A stretch of 64,000 nt of DNA from Paraspadella gotoi. Lineage: Eukaryota; Animalia; Chaetognatha. The stretch's first letter is position 1, and the number at the start of each line of letters is the position of its first letter. The position numbers and the translations under genes were made by a program. The notes under the pieces are model-generated. The model was not told where the DNA came from. It saw only the letters and a program-made list of their open reading frames with translations, and did not search any database. Where the stretch lies: contig CM119266.1 of assembly GCA_051294375.1 (NCBI GenBank), forward strand, positions 3,228,030 to 3,292,029, in the 5' to 3' direction. Positions 45,641 to 60,155 of this stretch are shown piece after piece.

Positions 45641-48305
45641 ATTGGGGTGGTAATTACTGCATGTCCAAGATCTCTGAGCGCAAGATGTTTGGAGATGCTT
45701 CAACACATATGCTCCACGTTGCCAATAAATATGTATTTAAATTCGTGACTTTTAATTCTTAGGTTTTTGAACAATTCATCTGCATCTTTTGGCATACCTG
45801 TCATCTCTTTCTTAGTTTTAAAGCCTTATACTACTGCTATAAACCATTATTTATTCAAGTTTAATGTTTTTTTAAGCGCTGCCCTGTATTCTTATTTTAA
45901 ACAATACCCACTTATAGCGTGATGATTCATTTGCAAGCGAGTTTATTATTCCATATTATAGTATCATTTACAATTTCTGTGAATTCTCTGTACGATTATT
46001 TTCCTACCTTTATATTTTTGTTTTTTAAATTTTCTTTTCTTACAACTTTCCGAAATCTTTTTCTCTCCTTTTTCATCTAATTCCTTTTTCCCAAGACAGA
46101 TGGGCCTGCTTCGGCTGCGGTCCAGTTTGTTTATTTCCGCTTTCCCCTTTTGTTCGATTAGATTTTGTGTTTTGTTCTGTTTGGATTTTCGTGGCGCTCA
46201 TGTTTGTTCCTCTTGTTTTATTATCGGCCATGGGAACCGGATGGCCATTTTAAATTCATTTACTAATTTACTCGACTGCTTGTATAAAATTGTTAAGGGA
46301 TGGACATAAAAAAGTTAAAATTTAAATAATATCCGGGTTGATTTTACATCAATGACGCGTAAGTTCATATTGTTTTCCGCTGGGCCTCCCAAGGATAACA
46401 TCGAACTCTCAGCGTCGGTCCGGAAAAACAAGCTGATTTCTCTCTCGCGTCGAGGAAACACTTTTTATTTAGTTAATGAGGAGAAAGAAAACGTTAATTT
46501 CGTCGGTAAAGACCTTTTTTCGTGTTGAGGTTTTTAATTTGCGAGCGTTTAAGTCCTTTGAAACTCGTTTCGATAGTTCTTTCCCAAAATTTAATTCGAA
46601 AATGCTTCCACTGAAAACCCTCTCTCTCTCTCTCTCTTCTCACTGCTCCATACATATGTCTCTTCTTCTCTTCTCTCTCTCTCATCTCTCTCTCTCTTTC
46701 TCTTCTCTTTCACTCTTTCACTCTTCTGGATGAGCTATGAATACAACATAGAACCTGCTTTCCTTTTTCCCCCTGGAGGCCTGCAACCAATCAGTGAATT
46801 TAGTCTCACTTCGTCACTCACTACTCACACTTCGACCAGTAGTCTAATCCTACTCACTCCTCCCCTTCAGTCACTTACTCACGCTTACTCATACCACAGT
46901 TCACTGTTGGTCTGCGGCAATCAAGAATTAGAGTTTATTCTTTTGTCCATTATTACACTATTGTACTAGACGTTAAAACTGATATTGAATTATATAAGAT
47001 TAATAATATATACTTAAACATAAATTAAATTTAGCTTAGTACAATTATTTCTGAGTCTCTCTTTTTCTGGTCAAAGCCGTCTGACGCACTAGCTTTATCA
47101 GCAATGAAACCGGCCCCACATGCCTGATTTTCTAAAAGAGCTCCAGTTAACGTCCCTGCTCTTCCTCTCCCTGCCTATTTTTAAGGTCATTTTTTAGTCT
47201 GGGTTTCCCCGTGATATTGTCATTCTAACAAGTTCGAATCATTGAAGACGTCCGCTCGTAAATGAAAAATAATTTCTCTGGTTTTTGGATACAATAATAA
47301 ATATTCATTAACATTAGACTCTTGTCGTACATTTTGAACAGGGTGAGCGCCAAACAAACCGCGCGACACCAAAGCAATAGAAAATCATAAACAATTTTCC
47401 TGCAGATATTGCCTTGATAATCATAGAAATATACATTATAACAGCTCTGAGCAATGCATTTAAGGCAAGCTATCAAAGCGAAAGGGCAAAAAAATTTTAA
47501 AAAAGAGTATAAAATTGATGAAATCGAGTGAAAGCAAGTGAGGTTGACGACGCAGAGAGTTCACCACAACTCACAGTTTATGTGATCCGTAGGGAATTCA
47601 CAATGATCTCTTTTTTTTTTGCTTTTCGAAAAGCTGATGTGATAAACCTCTACGAGGATCGGCGGGACTGGAAATTTTTTTCGAATGATATTACAATTTT
47701 TCAAATCATTTAAGAACGAATAAAAACGAATTAAATCATTTATTATTATCAATTGTGTTTAAAGTACAAATATTTATACCCGTTAATTCTCTAAATGTTT
47801 AGCAATAATTTTCTAATTATTCTTATAGGTCATTTCAGTTATTTGACTTTTTACTTCTTTTTACTTTTTTGACTTTTTACTTTTTATTATTCTTTTACTT
47901 TTTTAACTAGTAGTTTCACTTAAACTCAATTGAACTTTTTTATCTTTCCAGTTTTCTTTTTCTGAACGCCAACCCTTTTGTCGCTTGGTCCCTGCTGTAA
48001 ATGACGAGAAACGACAAAACGAAACGACTCCAAGACGACGACGCAACGAACGACGGCAGTATCTACGTTGCTTAGCAACGGGTGCACGTCACTCGGACGA
48101 CTATCGGGAAATGAGATAGTGGAAATGGAAGTGAATCCAAGAATTTCAAGAATTCCCAGAAAATCGCTTTGCGCTTTTGCAGCATTTTACGCCGATGGTA
48201 GTAACTTTTTTACCCAGTTTCTGTCTTTTTATATGCAATGGAATTCTTGTTCGGTGTCTTTGCTTCTTTTTTATATTCTAATCATTTTGTTCCTTTAATC
48301 AAAAG

Positions 48306-48348
48306 CTGATGGAAGACTCGAACATTCTATAGAGTCGAAACTATGTTC
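48306..48348 (+). ncRNA. Hammerhead-like motif, duplicate copy with indels
   Basis: ctgatggaa-GACTC-gaacattctata-GAGTC-GAAA-ctatgttc. Confidence 0.45.
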
Positions 48349-50051
48349 CGATTTTTTATTCAAATAAAAAATTCTTGTTAACACGAAAATAATTTCACTG
48401 CATAATATATATTTTTTTTCGAATTTACATATATAATTACGTATATCTTAAAATCTCTCAAAATTCAATTTTCATAAATTTTTCACAAATTTCAACTAAT
48501 TTTTTTGTTCGGATATAAACTTCGATTACTAATTCTAATTTAATCCCTATAGACTGCTTTTTTTACGGCGACTAATAAATGTTTTTATTTTCTCATTCCT
48601 TTCCTTAAAAGTTTTTCTTTTTTTTCTTTAAACAGTAACTACCTCGTACTCCTTTGGGAGTCAATTGACGCCAAATCTTCCAACAGATTCGTATTCGAAC
48701 TAAAAAAACTAGGAACTCGTTTTTCCTTTTTCTAATTTCCTCGATTGTATTATTTTTCCTTTTCAACTTTAAAGTCTCCTTAAAAGAAAATTAGATTTCG
48801 CAAGAATTTGCAATAACACAGAGTCAGAGCATGAGGAGACAACCGACATGGAACGAACAGACAAAAGGAACAAAGTTATGATCGTTTTTATGGCTCACTT
48901 GACCACAAAGTAAGTTAGGTTCTGAAGAAAAAATGGAATTTATGAGCGAAACAACAAAACGGCAAAATGACAACAAAAAAAAATCTATATCTGCAAAAAC
49001 AACTACAGATTAAAAGACAAAGAAGAAAAACGAGTGAAATATAAGTAGGCTCAAAGCAAACGTTGAGAATGTTCCGATGCCAAGATTGCTTTATATTTCA
49101 CTTCTATCAAAAACTGATAGTCAAGGCCCAGTATAAATTATATCAATATGGGTAGATTTTCGAAAAGCTTGCGGTCTTGGGAATCGCAACGAAGGTAAGA
49201 GCGCGGATCGAAAATTCCCAATTTTATCATGCCCAAAAATGAGATTTAAATGAACTGGTCAGGAGGCCGTTTTTTTCCCTTTTCCCCAAAAAAAACCTGG
49301 CTTGATCTTTTGTAAATTAGAACAACTAATCATACAATATCAGTCGTTTTGGAGAGCTTATTGTCTTCTCCTAAAGCAAGATAAAAAAAAGAAAAATAAA
49401 AAAATCTTGCAAAATCTCAATTGCTTGTATGAAAAGCAATCAAATGAACTGGTTTTTTAAGGTGAAAACTGCATATCAAGCCTTTCAATTCTTTTTTGTT
49501 CTAAGACCATGCGAAAGAAACTGTTATTGTTGTTTTTACTATCTGTTTTCAGGTAGAGGCGCGGGGGTAAATTTAGAGAGTTTAATATTAAATTAGAGCA
49601 AATAGAGGTATAAAGTTTTGCGCAAGGCTAAAAGCTTTTTTAAGCGGCGTTCCGGTCTGTATTAAAAATGGTTGAACGTCGGTTATCCAATGAGGACATC
49701 AATTAAAAATAAGCATGTTATCATGGGCACGATCCCGCGGCAGATAAAATACCATATTTCAACATGGCTTACCGCGTATTTTTACGTTTTAGATAGCGGT
49801 CTGTGTTAAATGTTTTGAATTTCACGCCCCGTGATATTGGCGGTTCGAGGGCGTGCGTTTGTCCCTTGTAAATCTCTTTATCTATCTCTTTATGAAAATA
49901 CGCTGAATGACGAGAAATTGGATTTAATAAAGATGAAAGAAAGTTTACAAGAAGAAAGTAGAGAGAGAAGAGGAAAGAAAAAGGAAAATTTTGACAAATC
50001 AATAGCATATCAGTACGGAATCGGATAGCTTATTGTCTCTCTAGCAAGATC

Positions 50052-51825
50052 CTTTTTTAAAAGTATGCACGCCTTTTTTCGCAATTATGCATACTTTTTT
50101 CAAAGTAAGGCATACTTTTGTTTCAATTATTGCATACTTTTTTTTGCAAACGTATGCCTACTTTTTTTTGAAGTATGCTACTTTTTTTGAAAAGTATGCA
50201 TACTTTTTTCAAAGTATGCATACTTTTGTTTCCAAATTATGCATACTTTTTTTTAAAGTATGCACTTTTTTTTCAAATTTATGCATACTTTTTTTTTAAA
50301 GTAATGCATACTTTTTTTCCTAATTTATGTGCATACTTTTTTCTAATTATCATACTTTTTTCAAAGTATGCATACTTTTTTTAAAGTATGGCATACTTTT
50401 TTTTAAAGTATGCATACTTTTTCAAATTATGCAATAACTTTTTTTCAAAAAGTATTGCCTACTTTTTTGAGTATGGCATACTATTATTGAAGTATGCATA
50501 CTTTTTTCAAAATATGCATACTTTTTTCAAAGTATGCTCCCTTTTTTCAATTATGCATACTTTTTTTCAAGTAATGCATACTTTTTTTTTCCAAATTATG
50601 CATACTTTTTTTCCAATTATGCATACTTTTTTCAAAGTATGCCCATACTTTTTTTTGAAAGTATGCCTACTTTTTTTGAAGTATGCATTACTTTTTTCAA
50701 AGTTGCATACCTTTTTTCCAATTATGCATACTTTTTTAAGGTATGTACTTTTTTTCAAATTATGCATAACTTTTTTTTAAGTATGCATACTTTCTTCAAA
50801 TAATGCATACATTTTTTCAAAAGTATGTACCCTTTTTTCCAAAATTATGCAATACTTTTTCAAAGTAATGCCATAACTTTTTGTTCCAATATTATGCGAT
50901 ACTTTTTTTAAAGTATGCACTTTTTTTTTTCAAAAATTTATAAATGCATACTTTTTTTAAAGTCTGCATACTTTTTTTCTAATTATGCCATTACTTTTTT
51001 TCTAAATTATGCATACTTTTTTCCAAAGTATGCAATACTTTTTTAAAAGTATGCATACTTGTTTTTTTAAAGTATGCATACTTTTTTCAAATTATGCAAC
51101 TTTTTTTTCAAAAGTATGCGCTACTTTTTTTGTAAGTATGCCTTACTTTTTTTGAAGTATGCATACTTTTTTTCAAATATGATACTTTTTTTCAAAGTAT
51201 GCTCCCTTTTTTCAATTATGGCATACTTTTTTTCAAAAGTATGGCATACTTTTTTTCCATTATGCATACTTTTTTCGCAATTATGCATACTTTTTTTCAA
51301 AAGTATGCCTCTTTTTTTGAAAAGTATGCCTACTTTTTGGAAGTATGCATACTTTTTTCAAAAGTATGCATACTTGTTTTTTTCCGCAATTAATGGCATA
51401 CTTTTTTAAAAGTATGTAGCTTTTTTTTTCAAATTATGCATACTTTTTTTAAGTATGGCATACTTTCGTTCAAAATAATGCATACATTTTTCAAAAAGTT
51501 ATGTACGCCTTTTTTCCCAATTATGCATACTTTTTTCCATTATGCATACTTTTTTTAACTTTTTTAGCTTTTTTTTAAAGTTCGCATTTCTTTTTTCAAA
51601 GTATGCAAACCTTATTTTCCAAAGTATGCAACTTTTTTCAAAGTATTGCATAGCTTTTTTCAACTTGGCATACTTTTTCGCAACTTGCAGTACTTTATTT
51701 AACAATGCATACTTTTTTTTAACATTGCATTATACGTTTTTTTAACTTGTATACCTTGTTCAACTTGCCATACCTTTTTCAACTTGCATACCTTTTTCAA
51801 CTTGCATACGCTTTTTCAACTTGCT
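50052..51825. repeat. Duplicate of the 20-bp palindromic satellite array
   Basis: Same unit and the same order of variants as 42815-44510. Confidence 0.95.
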
Positions 51826-53299
51826 TAAATTTTTAGCTGTTAGCGCTAAATATCGTAGTCATAATCCGGATTGCAGATATGAACAAATTTTTAGATATTA
51901 AACTATTGTCATCATTATAGTTTAAATTAATTTTATTGCATTGGCATCAATTTACTTACCACATTATCAATCTTATCTTTTTAATTATAGTTTTATTGGC
52001 TATCATATTAAAATCAGTTATCATAAATTAAAAATGATTCAAAAATGAAAAATTAATCGTGAAGTGACGAATAGTGAATTTCAATACTTTAATTAAACGA
52101 CTATTAAATTGAGTTTAGTTTAATAGTAAGTTTTTGCTGGTGAGATCAGTCAATATACTTTCAATTTATTACTTCTTTGGACTCTGCTTGTCTTTCTCTT
52201 TTTTTATTCTGTTATAATTTGTTATTTTTGTGATTAGTTTTGTAAGGATTCCTTTTTTTTCCTTTCCGGGCTTCGCATATTCTATTTTTTCTCTTATGAG
52301 GCCGGTTTCCGCATAATCGCTATTAATCGGTTTAAGCTTAGTAACTACGGTAGTTCACAAATCCTTATTGGATCAAAAGCGAGTTTGATTTAAGCGAAAA
52401 GTTTGATCGATTTGAAGCGCGATTTTCGCGCGAACTGTTTTATTGCCTATGAGTACTTTTGAAACGGATTTATCGCGAATATTTATGAATTTTGCATATA
52501 GATAGTATTTTAAAATTTCCTATCGATCGTACCCAATTTATTTAAAAATACTCATAGTTTTAAGAATACGATGCTCTCCCAAATAAAGAAAAACAAAACG
52601 AAAATTTGTTCGCCAAAATTCTGAATAAAATTATCTTTCAATTTATGTATTTGAATATGAAAAAAATTCATTTATCAAATTTTGTTAAATTTGCATGTCG
52701 TAATTGCTAACTTAGTTTGAAATTTGCATTTTGGTCCCTCGGTGACAAATAATGGCTAGAGAGATCGCACGCAGAAAGAGAGAGAGACGAGAGAGAGAGA
52801 AGAGAGAGTAGAGAGAGGAGAGAGTAGAGAGAGAGNNNNNNNNNNNNNNNNNNNNNNNNNAGAGAGAGAGAGAGAGAGAGAGAGAGAGTAAATAGCCTTT
52901 GCACGTGTTTAACCGTCATCTTCACATTTAGATTCTCACCTGGAAAAACTGAAGGAAAAACTTTCATTTCCACATCATTTACGCGTCACAGGACCGAAAA
53001 ACGATAAGATGCGGTGTCCCTCTTTGGATTTTAGATTTAAGAAAAACTACTGTATGCATCTTTTTAAATAACGAATATTATTTACACAATTTACACAATT
53101 TACACAATCAACTAATAGTTTATGTGCAATGAGTTTTTTTAGATAGTTGTGTGGCATTATGTAGTTATGCTTCGTATTTCAAAGTATTTTCGCAATAAAG
53201 AACGCGTAAAATATTCTCGCTACACTGTAGCTACACTGTAGCTACACTGTAGCTACACTGTAGCTACACTGTAGCTGTAGCCTACAGCCTCAAAACCGA

Positions 53300-53560
53300 T
53301 TTTTGTTCTTTCCGATTCGTTGAACCCAAGTTCGTCGACCGTGCGAAAGGTGTCGCTGTTTTGGTAATCCGAGGGAATAGCTCCATATTTACAGCAATCT
53401 TCAGCGACAGAAATTCACAAGTCACAACTCTTGGTTCCGTTATTGCAATTCACTGTGAATCGATTTCGTTCACAGAATCAGTTTTTAAATGGAGACTCTC
53501 AATATCATCGCATCTGTTATAGAAGAAAGTCGAAACTCTCAATATTGTGCAGAGATCTTT
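53300..53560 (+). mobile_element. Possible decayed LINE apurinic endonuclease fragment
   Basis: DRAKGVAVLV (compare R..GGVAIL.), then LNGD-(F)NI with one indel (compare GDFN). It is preceded by an 11-bp tandem repeat (gctacactgta, 53218-53277). Confidence 0.4.
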
Positions 53561-53757
53561 ATGCGGTGATATTCCGAAAGGTTTTTAACAAACAGTGGGA
53601 ACAATAATGTTATTAAGATTTAAAAATATATATACATACACTTTTTTAAATTGTTTTTTTTTTATTACAGAAAATCCTTGCCCCATGCTGATTAAACTTC
53701 GTCGTCCTTCGGAAAAGTCGTAACTTCTTTTTTTTTCGATCGTCGAATCAATTCTAG

Positions 53758-53768
53758 TTTCTCCTTGA

Positions 53769-53824
<56 letters not shown>

Positions 53825-54099
53825 AAACGAAAGCGACGAAAATAACGACGACAACGACGACGACGATGAGGACATCGAGGAAGATGAAAACGACGAAAAC
53901 AACGACGACGTCGATGAATAACACGACGGCGACGACCATGACGACGACGAAAAAGCCGACGACGACGACGACCATGACGACGACGACGGCCATGACGACG
54001 ACTAAGAAGACGACGAAGATGACGAAGAAGACAAAAAAAGTTGAAGATGACGACGACGATGACGACAAAGACGAAGCCGACGAAGACGACGACAAATAA
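53758..54099 (+). CDS. Candidate Thr-rich mucin-like exon with acidic tail
   Basis: After an acceptor-like ttctag the frame stays open: FLLE(T)n..MRTSRKMKTTKTTTTSMNNTTATTMTTTKKPTT..VEDDDD..K*. The frame holds through non-repetitive interruptions, but the (ACG)n repeat alone could explain much of it. Confidence 0.3.
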
Positions 54100-55778
54100 G
54101 AGGGTAAAAGCGAGAACTTCGTTAAAGAAGAGGAAACCAAGAAACACAAAAACGACGACGAACGAAGACGAAGACGAGACTAAATCGTTCCCCGCCCCCC
54201 CCCCTTTTTTGGAAAAAAAAAAAAAAAAAAGGTCTTTGACTTACGCTGGTGAGGGATGCGATGAAGGAAGTGAAGAAGGGAGGAAAGAGAAGTGGGGGGA
54301 GGAAGGAGATGGGGGGAGAGATGGGTGAGGGAAGAGAATGGGGGGGGAAGAGATTGGGAGGAGGGAGAGTGGGGATGGGAAGAGATGAGGGATGGGAGAA
54401 GATGGGAAAGAGGGAGAGATGGGGTGAGGGAAGAGATGGGGGAGGGAAGAGTAATGGGAGTGAGGGAGAGATAGGGAGTGAATGGAAGAGATGGGGGATG
54501 GGAAGAGATGGGAGGAGGGATGAGATTGGGGGATGGGAGAGATGAGGGATTGGGAGAGCGATGGGAGGAGGGAGAGCATGGGTGTGAGGGAAGAAGATGG
54601 GGGAGGGAAGAAGATGGGGTGAGGGAGAGACGGGGGGATGGGAGAGATGGGAGGCAGGGAAGAATGGAGGAGTGGAGAGATGGGGGGGGAGGGAAGAGAT
54701 GGGGTAGGGAAGAGGATGGGGGATGGGAGAGATGGGGGATGGGTGAGAGATGGGAGGAGGGAAGAGAATGGTTGGGAAGGGTAATTAGGAAAAACAGCTA
54801 ATTTAAATGAAATAGAGTTGAAAAAAAAATTAAGGAAGGAAGGAATATTTTTGAGAATTAATAAGCAGAGAAAAAAAGACAAAAGAGCGAAAAAGCAAAA
54901 AGAAATAAATTGGAAGATCAATAAAGTGTAAAGAAAGCAGAGAGGAAGTAAAAAAGGAAGTTTGTATAGCGAATTTACTAAAAAATATGCTAATTTAAAG
55001 AACCCAACTTAAAACTTAGAAAGAAAGAAGTAGAATGCATAAATAAAAACGAATAAAAGAAAAAATCAAATAAAACGTAAAAATAAAATGGAGCAATGAA
55101 CAATATAACACGGAAATATAAAAAAAGTTAAAAAAGCGCGAGAGAATAAAAAAGAGCAGAAAAAAGCAAAGCGGAAGTAAAACAAGAAGAAAAAAAAAGG
55201 GAGAAATAAAAAAGTTGACGACTCGAATCAAAATTCGCGTCTTTTCTCATAAAAACTGCGAGAGAAAGAAAGAGTGAGATTTTTTTTGTGAGACGGGCTA
55301 AACCTCTTTCTTTCTTTCTTTCTTTCCTTCTTTNNNNNNNNNNNNNNNNNNNNNNNNNNNNNNNNNNNNNNNNNNNNNNNNNNNNNNNNNNNNNNNNNNN
55401 NNNNNNNNNNNNNNNNNNNNNNNNNNNNNNNNNNNNNNNNNNNNNNNNNNNNNNNNNNNNNNNNNNNNNNNNNNNNNNNNNNNNNNNNNNNNNNNNNNNN
55501 NNNNNNNNNNNNNNNNNNNNNNNNNNNNNNNNNNNNNNNNNNNNNNNNNNNNNNNNNNNNNNNNNNNNNNNNNNNNNNNNNNNNNNNNNNNNNNNNNNNN
55601 NNNNNNNNNNNNNNNNNNNNNNNNNNNNNNNNNNNNNNNNNNNNNNNNNNNNNNNNNNNNNNNNNNNNNNNNNNNNNNNNNNNNNNNNNNNNNNNNNNNN
55701 NNNNNNNNNNNNNNNNNNNNNNNNNNNNNNNNNNNNNNNNNNNNNNNNNNNNNNNNNNNNNNNNNNNNNNNNNNNNNA

Positions 55779-55810
<32 letters not shown>

Positions 55811-55878
55811 GAGATGAACGGAGAAGTAAAGTAGTGTTGAAGAAAACAAATATAACAAAATAAAATGTAATGTTCTAT

Positions 55879-56080
55879 TCACTATTTTCCGAGAATGCCC
55901 CATTTCTGTGCCTAATCCTTTACTGTTATCCTCATCCAAATTCCTCACCTAACTCATGACCTGAATCCCTAACCTATTATCTATCCCTATTCCACTAACT
56001 TAATTTTTAAACCTAAAAACAATATTTATAACTTAATTATTAATTAAAGCTGAAATGTGGCACTTTTGGAGAATATGACT
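55879..56080 (-). mobile_element. MITE-like element, reverse copy of the 61946/63097 family
   Basis: cactattttccgag..catttctg and taattaaagctgaaatg match the reverse complement of the 63097-63380 ends; the interior is cctaa-rich. Confidence 0.55.
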
Positions 56081-56191
56081 AAATAGCACTTTCAAAAAAA
56101 AATAAATAAATTATTTGAAAAATAAAGACAAAGAGAAGACAGAGAAAAATAAAAGAGAAGAAGAACAAAAAATATGATGGGGAAAGGAAAG

Positions 56192-56248
<57 letters not shown>

Positions 56249-58989
56249 CCTCATTTCTATTTCGCCTTCAGATTCCAAACGAGGAATCGATTCTTTTTTA
56301 GGTTCAACGCACTCGCTCTCTCGATTCGTCTCTTTTCACTCGCTCTCTCGATTCGTCTCTTTTCACTCGCTCTCTCACTCAACTCTCTCGGATTTCCTTA
56401 CTTATATACTACCTGCTTCTTGATTCTCTCGTTTCTGCGCATCTCCAATCGAATTCCTCTCTTTTCACTCTCTCTCTTGATTCCTCTCTTTTTAAACTCC
56501 ATCTCTCGATTTCCATCTCTTTCCACTTCGGCTCACTCTCTTATTCTCTTTTTCACTCGCCATCTCAATCGATTTCCATCCTCTTTCACTCCGCTCTCAC
56601 ATCGATTCCTCTCTTTTCACTCGCCAATCTCTCGACTGTCTCTTTTTCACATCTTTCACCACTCTCATTTTTACACACTGTACTTTTCTCTCCCCCGATG
56701 TATTTCAGCAGATTCACGCAGTCGTTAATGAANNNNNNNNNNNNNNNNNNNNNNNNNNNNNNNNNNNNNNNNNNNNNNNNNNNNNNNNNNNNNNNNNNNN
56801 NNNNNNNNNNNNNNNNNNNNNNNNNNNNNNNNNNNNNNNNNNNNNNNNNNNNNNNNNNNNNNNNNNNNNNNNNNNNNNNNNNNNNNNNNNNNNNNNNNNN
56901 NNNNNNNNNNNNNNNNNNNNNNNNNNNNNNNNNNNNNNNNNNNNNNNNNNNNNNNNNNNNNNNNNNNNNNNNNNNNNNNNNNNNNNNNNNNNNNNNNNNN
57001 NNNNNNNNNNNNNNNNNNNNNNNNNNNNNNNNNNNNNNNNNNNNNNNNNNNNNNNNNNNNNNNNNNNNNNNNNNNNNNNNNNNNNNNNNNNNNNNNNNNN
57101 NNNNNNNNNNNNNNNNNNNNNNNNNNNNNNNNAGAAATCTGTAAGGTGTAAGGTAAACTTCTCACGATATTTTTAGTAAAAAAAAATGTAGAGATCAACG
57201 GATGAAAATAATTAAACGTTGGCCGAAGCAAAATTTATAACGAGTCGAAAACCCATTAATGCAGCTTAAAACGAAAAATCATAACAATGAAAAAGAATGT
57301 ACAAAAATTGGAAAAAATAAATGGGTGAGGTTACGTTGCGGTCGTCTTCGTCATCGTCGTCATCGTCGTTGTCGTGATTCGTACCACTACATGAAAAGCT
57401 TGATAGTTTTTGTCTCTTTTATTGTAACCAATGGTTACTAACCATAAACATTTAGTTTTCCTTTTTCTTACCATTTCTTTCATAGAATCTCTCTCCTTTT
57501 TCATTCACGTTTCACGTTCATTTGTTTTTTCATATTTTTTAGCCTCAAGAGAAAACGATGTGCGGTCATCATTGACCGAATTAACTCAAAGTGGCGCCCA
57601 CTAGCGTCTCAAATCCCGACCGCGCCCACACCAGTTCTACAAAAATCGCCCACTCCGGTTCTAACGGTTCTAACGCGAAGACTCTTGGCTCGATGAAGCC
57701 CCACATTGGTTTGGTCTATAAATTGTTATTCTTTTTTTTCAAAAGCACATAAATTAATTAATTAATTAACCAAGCAACGGGAATATTTCAAAGGAACTAG
57801 TCCACAACTAAATCTGCTGAATTCTTCTTCTCCATTCTTTTCCCACAATCCGGCTTTCTTTTTCTCCCGCCAGGGTTTTCTGCCTCGCTTCCCCTAATTT
57901 CATTGGTCGAGGACAAAATCTCCCATAAACAAAAGATACAGTAAACTCTGTCTATGAAAACAATCACAAAATTTAACGAGTACAGAGAGAAGGCAACTAA
58001 TTCAGTGAGTTGCCTTTTCACTGCTCGGCGGTTACTCGCGTCGCGTCTCCGTTTGAGTCACTTTTAGTTGGTCGGACTGTTTAATTATTTGTCAGTATGT
58101 CCATCCGTCTGTCTTTTCTACTTATTCTTTAAATTTCCATAACTCTGATAATAATGAATAGATTTGATAGAGAGGTGATATGTATACCTAGGCGAATTCT
58201 GGTAGATCATGAAAAAATAAATAAAAAATATTATTATAAGATTTCCAAATTTTTATGTTTTATTGGTTAAACACTATAAAAATTATGATATGATGATGAT
58301 GATGATGATTTTTAAGGGTTTAACCCACTGATCATCAAAATATTTAAAAACGAATTATACTTTTGTAGACAACTTTTGTTTTCATTGCCTATGTATTAAT
58401 AAATATTTAAATGCTTCCGAGTTTCCGATTTACTTTTGGTGGCCTGATACTCCTGCGATGCTAGTTAAAAAGGTGATAGTAAATATTGATTAAGTATATG
58501 ATGGACAAATGAATTTTATATTACAAAACTCCTAATGATAAAAAGTGATCAATTTTGGCCCGCCTTAATGTATAATATGAGATGCTTTATGTGCATATGT
58601 ACGGCCCAGCACGTTGAAATTGATATTTCTTGTTTTATTGTCATTAAAATAAGTAAAACTGTTCCGCGTGCTTAGTCCAGGCGAAGTTTGTGAGAAACTC
58701 AAAACGTCGGGACTGTCCGATCGTCCGAAGGCAGCACTGCGATCGCCAACTCAAGCTCAATGTGATAAATCTAAGCGACTTACTAACCTATATGTTTTAT
58801 CAGTGATTTGTTTTATAAACTATATAATGTAACTAAGGAGCGACGATCAAATGGGATCTGTCATTGCAACAATGAAAGAGTCATTTAATCGCTGAGCGAA
58901 ATGAGGAAGACGACGACGATGATGACGACGACGACGACGACGACGACGACGATCGAAGGATTAGAGCAAAAATTAATTTATTGCGACGA

Positions 58990-59027
<38 letters not shown>

Positions 59028-59311
59028 CTCAGAACGAAATGAAAGAAGAAAATCAATAAGTCAGATTTGGCAAATTTTTGACAAAATTCTCATCTTGAGA
59101 GAAAGGATACAGATTTAGTGAAAAAAATTAGGAAGTTAATGATTAATACATAAGAAGATTTGAAGAAATAAAACAATTAGATTTATTTACAATATCAAAT
59201 TTACGATATCAAATTCGAGTCGAGAAAGAAAAAAAAGGGAGTTCCTCTTTAATATTTGATGTTCTTGTGACAAGAAGCTGCCAGAAGGTTGATTAGATAG
59301 AATTCCCGGTT

Positions 59312-59362
<51 letters not shown>

Positions 59363-59859
59363 GAGAGAGCAGAGAGAGAGAGAGAGTGAAAATTGACAAT
59401 GTTAAAATTTGATGGAAAATAAAAGTTTTTTCGAAAGCAAAAATAATGATAAGTAATTATTTTGATTTCAACAACGCTTCAAGCATAGAGCAAGAAGGGA
59501 AATAAACAAGATTGAGCAAACAATGCCGGATCTGCCCACGATCATTAGCGGTAAGCAGCTGATAAGATAATTAATTTATTAATTAATAAATTTAACAATT
59601 ATTTAATTAATATTATTTTTTTTTATTCGAGTCAAAAACGTTTTTCACTTTGTCTCGCCTCTAAATCACAAAACAACAATCTCGATCACAAAAATAATTA
59701 ATAAATTAATTAACTACAAAATAATTAATTAATAATTAATTAATTACTTAATTATATTTTATTAGTAATTCATTAAGGCAGCTTGAATTTACAGTTACAT
59801 AAAAGATAAGAGCTTAAACCTATAGTGAAATACATTTTTTGTTTTTACCATTTTAACTC

Positions 59860-60155
59860 ATTTCCACTTGGACGATTCCATCGAAACTTGATTTCCAGCT
59901 CAATCACACACTTTCCTACCCACATTCAAAATTTCAAGTCAATCGCCCCATATACTCATAAGTAATTGACTAATTGACTTTCAAAGCTAGAGCTACGGAC
60001 GGACAGACAGACAGACAGACAGATAGACAGACGGACATCAATTTCTCTGCGTAATTTCTGTCATGATCAGTCTCTTACAGACAAGATTTTAGGGTTTGGA
60101 CCGACGGACCGACAAAGTGGATTATAGAGCCGGAATGTGCTGTAAGCATAAAAAT
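59860..60155 (-). mobile_element. HINE/DINE-1-like element, reverse copy
   Basis: Reverse-complement match to 22200-22465, including a (GACA/GGAC)n tract. Confidence 0.65.

Larger units (their letters stand above)
45742..52800 (+). repeat. Large tandem duplication, copy 2 (about 7.0 kb)
   Basis: Same sequence as copy 1, differing mostly by 1-2 nt indels. Confidence 0.95.

Noticed and set aside
54241-54921. Pro/Ser-rich and Gly/Arg/Glu-rich ORFs, likewise 26-346 and 21315-21857
   Set aside because: They come from low-complexity polypurine/polypyrimidine tracts; only 21777-21896 in the last region is a real iGluR exon.
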